Shown here in pieces: positions 1-11,173 of a stretch of DNA of 51,671 nucleotides. Where the stretch lies: NCBI GenBank assembly GCA_000320545.1, contig ADNK01000062.1:1-51671 (forward strand), written 5' to 3'. The DNA comes from Bigelowiella natans CCMP2755. Lineage: Eukaryota > Protista > Cercozoa. The position numbers and the translations under genes were made by a program. Within the stretch, counting starts at the first letter, position 1. Every line of letters starts with the position of its first letter. The notes below the pieces were generated by a model. It saw only the letters and a list, made by a program, of their open reading frames with translations, was not told the DNA's origin and searched no databases.

Positions 1-1293
1 GAGAGGTTCTATTGCTGCGACTTTTACATCGATGTTGGTTTCGATTATCTGCTTGATGATTCCAATTCGTGTTGATTTTTCCTGCTCGTTAGGTCCCAGC
101 CTTGGGCCTCTCAGAACTACAGAGTGCTTACTTGGCCTTGACTTAGCTGCTCTGACTGTGGTCACTAATCCAAAGAGTGAGGGAAGGAATGATCCTTGTC
201 CTAACTGATGTTCGGTGTTAAGCAGATCCAGGTAAGCATCCATCTTAGATTCTCTGGAGCCTTTGAAGAACACTTTTAGGTGGGTTTTATTTCTAGATTT
301 GAATTGGATTCCTTGAAAGTCCTTCCCATATTTCGCTTGGAAAGCTACGTGCATTTGGAATTCGTTCAATCCTAGTGCATCGATCAACTTTGGAGTTATT
401 TTGGACAGGTTTTTCCCAATATCTGGAACATCTTTTTTTTCACTGGATGGGTTCAAATCCTCTACGTTCTTTCCGGCTAGGCATTTAGTCTCTTCTTCCT
501 CGGTGTTAACTTCTGTCAGTGTGTCGCGGTTTTCATCCCTCGGATCTGCTGTGTTTGTTTCCTCACTTGTTGGTTCGTTGGCATGTTTTTTTTTGCCAGT
601 GAGAACAGTGCGACATGGGTCGCCGGAGGCCATAATGGCGCCCCCCGCTTGCAGCATGGCTTTTTTGTCAAGTTCCAATATGAGCACGTTCTGTTTATAC
701 TTCCGGTTGTATTTCCTTTGATTCCTGGCGTGACTTTTTGGAACTTGCCAACTCTGGCTATTCTTTCGCTCAGCTAGTCTTTGTACTTCTGCTTCAGGAT
801 ATTTATCTCGACCATGAGGTTCATCAGCGCGTGATGAGGTTGTGACACTAGCGTAAGTTCTCGAGGTCCGTTGCATCGAGGAGGGTTGAGCTTCCATTGT
901 GCCATTCTTCTGATGTTCCTTGATATAAGTCAGTTCTTCTTCAAGTTTCAGTAATTTGTTTTTAAGCCCAGCGTTTTCCTCCTGCATGTCTTTTTGATCT
1001 TGCTGCAATTGTTGTTGTTTCTCATCAACTAACTGGACCATTGTGGTCAGCATTTCACACAATTTTTTCATTGTGTTCCACTGAGGAGTTTCTTTGCGTT
1101 CCATTGTTGCAGACAGTGTTGAAGTAACTTCGCGAAGGCATTGAGACAGATCATGACTTTTCCTATCAGAGCCACAGTCGTCATCATTGCATTCTGAATC
1201 GAGATCCAACGTTGCGTGTTGGTTCTTTTTGTGCTTTCTTCCCTTTTTGGGTGTCTGGTGCTTGTTGTTGCCACGCGCGCTGCGCGTGATCAT
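1..1293 (-). mobile_element. Non-LTR (LINE-like) retrotransposon ORF1/gag-like protein, intronless, runs off the left edge (>=431 aa)
   Basis: Uninterrupted minus-strand frame from ATG at 1293 to base 1 (absent from the ORF track because no stop is reached): MITRSARGNNKHQTPKKGRK..., coiled coil (VDEKQQQLQQDQKDMQEENAGLKNKLLKLEEEL), then RTYASVT and SWQVPKSHARNQRK, motifs typical of LINE ORF1 proteins. No introns, unlike most host genes here. RT/endonuclease would lie outside the window. Confidence 0.6.
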
Positions 1294-2081
1294 CACGGTG
1301 GGCAATATTTCACTTGTGCGCGGCTATGAGTCCGTTTGGCATAATCAGTTAACTATGTATAGCCTTGTTGTGCAAGCATTAACGTTGTATGTGAGACGGG
1401 TGTAATGAGGTGATTAAATATTTTCAATAGTCATCCTGTTAAAAGCGCTTAGGTTGTGTCTTCATGTTGATAGATGCGTGTGCGAGTAGTATCGCGTAGA
1501 GCTAGCAGAGAGCAAGAATTCTATGATGCTTGCTTGTAGTATACTTGCACGCGCAAAAATCATGCAACGACACGTACAGGCAAGTCATCAGCTACGCTAA
1601 TACGTACGACAATTACAGGCGCCGTCATGCATGATGGCAACGATGGTACGTACTTATGCTGTCGTAACGCTATAATATGCATGATAGCGTTACATTTTGC
1701 TAGTTATGCTATGTACGTAGCCTTGCAATTTGTAGCTGCTAGCTAGCTGCGAGCATAGCACGCACATTTACACGTGTATAAGTCTGCTTTTGTGTTATGT
1801 GCGTGATGTATGCGCACTACTAGTACACGGTGCACACCAGTCGTTGAAGATGGAGTACGTAATGGAAATGATACGGCACACCTATGCATGATTCGCACCA
1901 TGCGTTTATCTAGTTATCCTTCATTCATCAATTTTTTGTATAACATTTTCATCACTAGAATTTCTTGACATTTCATTTTTTAAAAAAAAAGTTATTCTAA
2001 ACGATGCTGACAGACGCTCGGTTGCAGAAGCTACGATACAGGACTTCAATGCTTCGCTTCATAATCTGCAAAAAAAAAAAT

Positions 2082-2231
2082 CATTATCAATTCATACATG
2101 AAGGAACTGGTGGCGGGATGAATAGTGTATGATAGTAAGCCCTCAGACGAAGTTGTTTCGGCAACGCACAGGTGCGATTACAGATAAATGCCTTTTTTTA
2201 TGTAATCATAGGGAAATATTAAGTGCGTTTG
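2082..2231 (-). ncRNA. Box H/ACA snoRNA C; 5' hairpin predicted to guide the same LSU site as snoRNA B
   Basis: Stems AACGCAC/GTGCGTT and TGATTACA/TGTAATCG; guides ATTTCCCT and CCT(GTG); H box AAACAA 14 nt after the pocket; second hairpin ending in a variant ATA box. Confidence 0.65.
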
Positions 2232-2299
2232 TATCAGGGACTTACTTGAGTAGTGCCGCGGTTTGAAATCACCAGTCCGAAAATACACAAGCCTAAAAA

Positions 2300-2438
2300 T
2301 AATGTTGTGGAGGGACTGACGAGGCGGTCATAGAAAAGAACAGCTTCGCTAATAAACTCCCATATTGTTCAATTTGGGCATGTCTCTTTAGGACCCAGTT
2401 ACTCATGGGGTAAGGAGGTGGGCAGGGAAGAATGCCTT
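2300..2438 (-). ncRNA. Box H/ACA snoRNA B; 5' hairpin predicted to guide LSU UAGG-Psi-AAGGGAAG
   Basis: Stem GGCAT/ATGCC; upper stem GCCCA/TGGGT flanked by guides CTTCCCT and CCTA; H-type box ACAATA; second hairpin with GGAG/CTCC; ACA plus 3 nt just before the intron acceptor. Pocket-to-H-box spacing is longer than canonical. Confidence 0.7.
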
Positions 2439-2480
2439 TCCTTTGCAGGAGGTGTGGGTAATACTTGTTCATAATAAAGT

Positions 2481-2635
2481 CATTGTACGGAAAGTACTAT
2501 CAAACTGCGCCATGGGAATTAGGCGTTGTTAGCGAATTTCCCGTCTTTTAAGTAGTTAATTTCCCCCAAAACCCTTTAGCCAGTCAGATAACACGAACGA
2601 AGAACGCCGGCAATGTGTAAGGATAGGGGCTTTTC
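2481..2635 (-). ncRNA. Box H/ACA snoRNA A; 3' hairpin predicted to guide LSU UACUAUC-Psi-AGCGAA (yeast 25S Psi2351/snR82-equivalent site)
   Basis: Two hairpins, H box AAATTA (2562-2557), ACA (2486-2484) followed by 3 nt. 3' hairpin has lower stem ACGGGAA/TTTCCGT and guides TTCGC and GATAGTA, complementary to conserved LSU UACUAUC-UA-GCGAA, with the pocket 15 nt from the ACA box. Confidence 0.8.
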
Positions 2636-3084
2636 GAAAATATGTTTGTTGGAATGAAATGCTAACCATTATGATGCAACTCAAAGACTACTCGTTCTCC
2701 CAGCAATCAGAGTGCCACCACCTCACGCATCTGGGGCCGGCGCACTTTAGTCATGCTATGCAGATTTTTGAACGTACAAGCAATCGACATGGAATTCTAA
2801 AACGCTTTATAAATAGCTTCTACGACATTCTCAAAATAAGCGAATCGCCTTTATACAGGTATTGTGTTACGAAGAAAGCGAATGAATCAGACTGAGAGCA
2901 AAGACACGTTTAATTTCTATTTTGTTAATCATAGGCAGTACAGCGTTGGAATATCACAAATTACTGCCTGAAATATGTGAAAAGATTGTAAAATAACCTG
3001 TATTTCGTTTTAAAATTTTGTAGGAATGACACACTGTACGGCTGAAATTTCTTCTGGTTCCGCTTGAGGGCTCTCCGAAAGATC

Positions 3085-4436
3085 ATGATTCTCCCCCTCT
3101 TCTGGCTCCTCCATATCTCCTTTATATGCCAAGCTGCATCACCAGACGATTGGAAGTCGCGATCCATCTATCAGGTCTTGACGGATAGGTTTGCAACGGA
3201 CAACTCCGCCAACGATGATACCTGCGGTGGCGACTTGAGCAAGTATTGCGGAGGTACATTCAAAGGTTTGGAGAACAAACTTGATTACATCTCTGGAATG
3301 GGATTTGATGCGATCTGGATTTCACCGGTAATTTAGAGTAGAAATATTGTTCCATTAGCAAGGGTGAGATTGTTGATATCTTCGCAGGTTGTGAAGCAGA
3401 TAGGGGATGGATACCACGGCTATTGGGCATCAGATCTCACGGTAAGAAGATTGGACAATATATCAGTCATACACTACTTTAAGATCCAATCATGATAATG
3501 ATTATGTTGGACTCAGGCTATTAACGACCATTTTGGAAGCATGGTAGGTAGAAAATTGCGCATCATATTGGGTGTATCATGGAAATAGATGAAGAAGAAG
3601 AACAGCAATGATGGTGTCTTTATATGCTGAAATTAGGAAGACCTCCAGTCCCTTGTAAAGACAGCACACTCAAAAGGAATTTGGGTTATGCTAGGTTGAT
3701 TAATAACCCGGGAGATTTTGCAAGCAGTCATTCACTGAATAATCTCACTTTATTCTTCTTCTAATAACAGACATGGTCGTAAACCACATGGGAGGATCGA
3801 TCAACGACATTAATAAGTACTTCAAAACACTCTTCGCCTTTAGATATTATGATGCAACAATCTTTGAATTTAATATTTGATGTGACTCCTCCACTGCCTT
3901 ATCTTACTTACCCCTTTATTAGTTTTGTTCCATTCAACGATGGGAGCCACTATCATGACTGCAACGGATGCATTAGCGATTGCAATATTCATAACTTTAA
4001 CGACGCTGCAGGTAGATAGTTGATTCATTCATTCACCCATCACAATTTTCCTCTGACATTGCCATCGTCCTCCTATCTATCATCAAATATGTTTCTCTTA
4101 GCTTCAAGTTGTATGTTGTTGTCTATTCTGCTTTGATCCTCATCGTTATTTTTTTAATGCTGGTATAATTTAGAAACCGAGCACTGTCGCTTGGCAGGCC
4201 TTCCTGATTTAAACCAAGACAATGAATACGTTTCTTCCAAACTTATTGAAGTGTACACGAAATTGGTGGAAGATAGTGGAGTGGACGGTATTCGTATGGA
4301 TACAGTCCCAGAAGTCAACCCGTCGTATTGGAAAACGTACTATTATTCTTGCTATTACTACCGACGTAGAGAAGAGGAGATGTAGTTGTGATGAAGTTAT
4401 TGTTGTCGAAATTGTGTGTCAATCTGTTCCATCAAT

Positions 4437-4470
<34 letters not shown>

Positions 4471-4740
4471 CGTAGATTCAAGTCTCAAGCTGCGCCTAAT
4501 ATGTACATCATTGGAGAAGTTTTCAACGGAGACTCCAACTACATCGATGTACTAGTGTGAATATAAAATGTTAGACGAACATTTCTGTGCATTATATTTT
4601 GTGCATCGTCGCTACTACTACTACTACTACTACTGCAACCATCGTCTTCAATTAAAAGTAAATGAGAGAGAGAAAGAGAGAAATATTAAGAAATGTGATC
4701 ATTTACTACTACAGCTGTTCCGTCGAAAGCAAGTAGTAGC

Positions 4741-4771
<31 letters not shown>

Positions 4772-4942
4772 TCATCATCCACCCATCCATCCATCATTAC
4801 TAACGATCATCATGTATTTAGCTAGATATAGCGAGTGAGTGAGTGAGTGACGAATGATGAATTATTATGCATATCATAGGCTCATGGATCTGAGCTGGAT
4901 GGACTTCTAAGTTATCCTATGTATTACACGATAAGGTAGTGC

Positions 4943-4977
<35 letters not shown>

Positions 4978-5973
4978 AGTGGTGGTGATGGTGATGGTTG
5001 TGGCTGCTGCTGCTGCTGCTGCTGCTTTCGAAGAGACTATTTCGTAACAGCTAGTGAATAAATCAAATTTACTAGATGAGAGAGTAATTTAGGAGACGAC
5101 AAGGATGTGATGAAGTTTGACAAGATAAAACACGAAAAACCACAAACAGTAACACAAATCATATATTCCAATCAAACTCAAAGAATGATACAACGTGTAC
5201 AATTAATTATTTTTCATCATCATGATCATCATGATTTTTTCTCCTCCTCCTCCTCCTCCTTCTCCATAGGAACGTCTTCCAACAAAAGCAGGTCGTACTT
5301 ATATGCTGTATCACTTTTCTCTTGTTCTCTATCACATTCACGTAACACCATCTCTATTTGAAAAAATCGACGTAATAAATAGCATTATATGTGTCTCCTC
5401 AGGATATGTCGCAAATATCCTCAAGATTGAAGGAGTACTACCAAGTCTTTGGGCAGGACAGGTGGTGCATGTAGTTTGTACTGCTGCTGCTGCTACTGCT
5501 GCTCTATTGTGGCCAAACACAACAGCATAGAAGCATGATTACCAGCACACAAACACGTTCTTAATTATATTCGGGCAGCATGCATGTGTATGTGTATGTG
5601 TGTGCACTTGCGGATGAATTACAGCTTTTGATGATACTACTTCTTTTGTTCTTCCTTGTACTACTTCTACATTGTTGGTACACCACCACACTACAGAACG
5701 ATGAAACTTGGAACGTTCGTCGATAAGTAATACAATCCTCTCTGCCCAGTCCTGTGGTTGCAGTACTATCATAATGATCCTCCTTTGTAGCTAGCTACTA
5801 CAGGGTGGTTGTACTTTTATCATTATCATCAATCGTCATCCTCACTTATATGATCATATACATATATAATTGAGTGATAATACTTGCTATTTTGATGAAA
5901 AAATGTTTTTGTGTTGCTTCTTCTTTATTCAGCCACGATAACGCTCGGTTCTTAAGTCAGAACTCTGATCAAA

Positions 5974-6009
<36 letters not shown>

Positions 6010-6115
6010 CAAGCGCAGAAATTACAGCAGCAGCAATAGTAGCAGTAGTATTGTTGTAGTGGTAGTGGTGATGTCCTCCTGCTTCCTCTTCCACTAAAAT
6101 AATACTACTACGACA

Positions 6116-6146
<31 letters not shown>

Positions 6147-6300
6147 ACTTCTACTAATTATATCACTATTTATTTGTTACCATATACAATACATACACAC
6201 ACACACACACACACATATTATTGTTGCTGTCGGTTGTAGCTGTTCACGTCGGCTGTTGTACTTTCGATGATGATCGACGGCATCCCTATCGTCTACTACG

Positions 6301-6332
<32 letters not shown>

Positions 6333-7571
6333 GCGACGATGAAACAACAACACGACACCACAACAACATCACAATTTGTAGTAGTAGTAGTAGTAGTAGT
6401 AATAGCGGTGGTATATTCGTAGTTTCGAGTATACAATTAGGGTTGTTGTTCGAGCATATATGTGTGTGTTTATTGGTTAAACACATTGGGTGTGTGTATA
6501 ATATTGAGATGAGAAAGCTTGATCTAATTGAATTGAATATTACTATTGATAATAATATTGTGATTATTAACACTATGCATCATCATCATCATCATCATCA
6601 TCATCCTCACTCAGGAACTGCACAAATGTTTTCGGGTGGAAACGACCCACAAAACCGGGAAATCTTCTGGAATACGCAATTTAATAATTCAACAGAATTA
6701 TATAAAAAAATCAAGTAATTTGTATATTTGTTGATGTTTATCCTTCCTCTTCAAATCCTTTCATGAAGAAAGGAGAAAAGATGATGACGACAAGTTGCTG
6801 AATGATGATAATTGCATATCTGACCTCCTACTACAACAGAGCACTCAACGCAGTACGCAAGGAGGACGTATTTGACCTTGGATCTCCAGCAACAGAACTA
6901 GTAGGAAACACCCTCTCCTATATATGTTGTTGTTGTTGTTATTATTGTTGTTGTTGTTGTTGTTGTCAATTGTGGTTTGACAATATACTTATCTCTGTTG
7001 CTGTAATGAATAATAATATATCAGAGTGTGCAGTCATCATTTTATGCATTTTCTCGTGGCAAAGTCCTGGTTGCACTTACGAATGTTGGCGAAGGAGGCG
7101 ACACACAGACTTACACGGTGGGTTGTGGTAGTAGTGGTAGTGGTTCTTCTTCTTGTTGTTGTTGTTGGGACAAAATCGATTATTCATTGTGCTCTAAAAT
7201 ATTCAGTTATGACCACGTTATGTCCAATGATGCACGTTCTTATTTATCGTGGTGATAGTAAAATTGACGCATACTTTCCTCCTCCTCCTCCTCCTCCTCC
7301 TTCATTCTATTCGCATCAGTTGAATCAACATCCTTTCTCAAGTGGAGACATTGTCTGTAACGTATTTTCCGGTACTTCTGACTGCATTACTGTCACAGAT
7401 CAGGTGCTAATAAGTAACAACAACACGATACTGTTGCATCATCATATTTAGTCGTTGGTCGCATAATCAGAAACTAATTCAATCCCATCATAACAATACC
7501 AGGGAGTTGCAGTGGTTCTTCAAGACGGTGAATCCAAAGTTTTTGTTCCAAAGTCCGCTTTGATGCATTGA
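3085..7571 (+). CDS. Secreted alpha-amylase, GH13 (fungal/Taka-amylase-like), about 19 exons
   Basis: Signal peptide MILPLFWLLHISFICQA, then WKSRSIYQVLTDRF, YCGGTFKG, GFDAIWISP, GYHGYW, DMVVNH, LAGLPDL, catalytic DGIRMDT, IGEVF and FVDN|HDN, GIPIVYYG, GGNDPQNRE; stop TGA at 7569-7571; GT-AG introns. Confidence 0.95.
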
Positions 7572-8292
7572 ATCGTCCTCCCTTAAAGTAATCCCTTAAA
7601 GTAATTCTTATATATATTGTCAGCATATATGAGACATTTGATTGCAGTTTTCATTATCTAGTTATGTCTGCGTCATGTTTTTCATGGGAAACGTCAAGCA
7701 ATTATGAATCGTATTGTTTGTTTAAAGTACAATGACATGATGACTAGATGAGCACTCCAAACACTCCAAAATACACGTTGGCAGTCGCTGCACCTATTAC
7801 CTCAACAATAAGGCAAGCGTGCATCGCATTGTAATAGCAATTATTTGTTGTGCCGTGCTGCTGCGCATTTCTAGATTTACTCACATTTGTTGACTATGAG
7901 TATGCGTTGTGTGTGCGTATGCTATAGTATGTGCTGCTGCATGCTAGCATGTCGTGATTTCGTACGTGACGAGATGATCGAGCGCTATAGTCTGAACATA
8001 GTCAATGTGGCCGTCGTTGTGATTTATTTGGCGCATGCATGCTAGCATGTGTGCTTCCACAATAATGATGCCTCTTGCATGACTAGCTAGTAGCTAGATG
8101 CGACGCGTTAGCAAATGCGCTGGCAGCACTAGATGGAGCAGCTGCACACGCATGTCCCATGCTAGCGCTAGCCCAGAGCCACGGCGCAATAATGTGTGCC
8201 CGATCCATGTGTGAGTTCTGTAGTACATTGTAACTACATGCACTCGATTAGATGTAATGTATATGCCATATGTCTGTAGATCATGCGTAGGC

Positions 8293-8330
<38 letters not shown>

Positions 8331-8612
8331 CCTCGCGAACATGTATTGTGTTGCTAGACATATGTACAAAGTGTATTTTGTGTGTGCATGTAGGGCCTAG
8401 CTAGCTATTGGTGAGTAGTTACAGTGTGTGATATCGTATTGATACGGGAAAATGTTCCTGTGATGGTGCTGAAGAGGACAACTCGCAATCCAGATATGGC
8501 AATGAGTGTCGAAATAAACGTTCACGTTTAATAGGGTGATAAATAAGATCATGATGCAACACTAATCATAAGCGATTCTTTTGCGTACACTTAACTTTAG
8601 AAAAGCATATAA

Positions 8613-9098
8613 TCATTTTTTGGAAGGAGGGGGGTTCACATCGTCCAATGTTGTATCGATGACATCATTTGTGTCACCATATATCTCTTCTGCCTTTGTT
8701 CGGGTTAAGAAAGAAAGCAAATCAAGATCATCTCCATTTTCGAATCGGCTACTTTGAAATGGAGTTTGGGTTTCAGCCCATTCCGCAAGGCATTCCCAAT
8801 GACCGAGTCTGTGATTACCATGTGTTAATTGTGTGCAGCAGAGATGAATTAAAGGTGGATCGTATATACTGATCGTCATGAGGATGACCATGACAACGAT
8901 CATGACTTAACATCCTGATATTACTGATGTATCACTATTCTCTGCATATGTGTATTACTACTACTAACTGTTACTGCAACAACAACAACAACAACAGTTG
9001 CAATTACTTTTCGAAGTCTCGCCTGACTTCCTCAGCATGGTAAGAAGCCTTGAGGCCAATAATATATGCTTAGAAATTCGAAATATTCTCATTTCTGA

Positions 9099-9166
<68 letters not shown>

Positions 9167-10667
9167 CCTGCAAATTGTAGAAGTCTTGTAGTCCCTTCTT
9201 GGTCAAACCGATTTCATTGGAATCAAGGTTGTCAATGCATTCGTCGAAGAACCCAGAGGGAGCAGCCACTGTTAATATATGATGATAAATTCAATGATAA
9301 AAATGCTGCTACTGCAGCGATAAAGACATGCCAATTGTTATTTAGCTGAAATAGTTGAAACTAAATGATATCTGTAAAATTTAGCGTGTTGGATGTTATC
9401 ATCGGCGTACTTCCATTTGTTTGACGATGCAAAGCGTCAAATTCGAGCTCTGATATGGCTCCTAGAAGAGACAAAAATTAGGAAGAAACTTGTTAACTAG
9501 CTGCAGATGCTACTTGCTACTATCAAAGGAACAGCACAACCACACGTTTTATTTGTACCGTCATTGTTGACATCGAACTCATCAAATATATTGTTTATAG
9601 CCATTTCAAATCCTTTGGAAATCTCCCCCTAATATGTATTATCCATGTTGTTTGTCATGTCATGATGACGGCGAACACAAGAATACTACTGCTGCAACTC
9701 ACATACATCCTCGTCATAGAAGATGCTCCAGAGCGCGACATTAGCCCCAGTAATCATCTTATCAAATTCAGAACCCCGATTCTGCAGCAATGAACAAATT
9801 ATCATACCACATCATCATCTTAATGATAGAGTGATGATGATGCCAGACCAACGGAGTACATTGGATGATTCTACTACTAGTAGTTGTAGAGTAGTAGTAC
9901 GTGAGGAATCTCAGGAGGCATATCGCTTGCATGAGGAATCTCTGGTGTAACAGTAATCATCCCATCGTCGATGAAAGATGATGATTTCGAAGCTGTCTTC
10001 TCTTCCTGTTAAGAAACATAGTAGGTTGAATGCTATGCAAACAGATGATTGACGCGACATGTTGATAGCTATGCTGTCTGCAGATTAAAACAATGTCATC
10101 ATTTTGGACCTTAGAGCGGCTGTTCGTACGGCCTTTGCGAGCGCTATGACTACTACTACTACTGCTTTTGCGGAAGCCTTTGCTGCCTCCAAATCCCTGG
10201 CCACGCGACGATGTTGATGATGATGATGATCCACTGTCGCCACTGCTACTGCCGCCTGATCCTCCTCCTAAATTACCCCTATTCTTCTTCCTGGCATACG
10301 ATCTAATAGATTTGCAATTGCCACGTGAACCAGCATTGCCGTTTCCACGATTGACAACCCCAAATATGGAAACTTCTATGTTGCACTTCGGAAAGATGTT
10401 CCCGATGATGATGCTGCTGCTTCTCCGGGATGATGAAGAAGATGAAGAAGGAAAGGAGGAGAGTGATATAGCCATCTTACTAAGACTTGATTCAAGAAAA
10501 TGGCCATCTGTTACTGATTTTGGGTGCTTGGGAAGCAGCAGCATTGTAACAACAATCACGGCGAGTGTCATCGTAACTAATAAAGGAGTCCGCAACCACA
10601 TAGGAGGACGTGGATACGACAGCAGTCCCCTACGATGACTGTGTTGTACTGCTAGATGTCGATTCAT
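8613..10667 (-). CDS. EF-hand-like protein with N-terminal hydrophobic leader (possibly plastid-targeted)
   Basis: First exon has a hydrophobic stretch (PLLVTMTLAVIVVTMLLL) followed by Ser/Arg/Gly-rich sequence. Later exons read NNIFDEFDVNND|GAISELEF (EF-hand loop) and DNLDSNEIGLTKKGLQDFY; stop TGA at 8615-8613. Confidence 0.6.
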
Positions 10668-11173
10668 CAGCTTGGTAGCTATCACGGACCAGAAAGCACA
10701 ACAAAAGCCACTGTGCGACGAAACACTAATCGATCAGCTCTCCTCCTTCTTCCACTGGCTTCAAAGGGATTGAAGACTGCGATTAATAGTCTTATTATTT
10801 GTTGAATAGTGGAGCGTTGAGTAGCACCCTTCCTGTCCTGTCTGTCTATCCTCCTTTGTGGTGTCCTGCTGTCTCAATCCTCCTCAGTGCTTGCTCTGCT
10901 CCTTTTATCCGCAACCCGATCTGGAAATGGAAATGAGAATCGACAAAAGACAAAAGAAAGCTTCTGTCGCATGATTTTATCGACCTTGATTTCATTGATG
11001 AAAGAAAGAAAGATTCTTAACGACTTCGATAACCTTTGTCGTATTATAATTATTCCGGTGAATTAGAATTCTTTCATTACTAAACCAAAAATATCCTTTA
11101 TATTACTTACTACGACAATCATATTTAAGATATCTGTGAAGAAAAGGGACTTCATTAGTCGCATCTTATCGGT

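Larger units (their letters stand above)
1985..2700 (-). ncRNA. Probable non-coding snoRNA host gene (3 exons, only an 8-codon ORF)
   Basis: ATG(2669-2667)|GT intron 2666-2293 ending TTTTTAG; exon 2292-2246; GTAAG intron 2245-2066 ending TTTTGCAG. Spliced ORF is MACVFSDW*. Both introns contain H/ACA-like structures. Transcript ends are approximate. Confidence 0.6.

Noticed and set aside
2090-2200. Possible TPP riboswitch (CTGAG motif on the minus strand)
   Set aside because: Other TPP core motifs are missing; the H/ACA fold with an rRNA-complementary pocket explains the region better.
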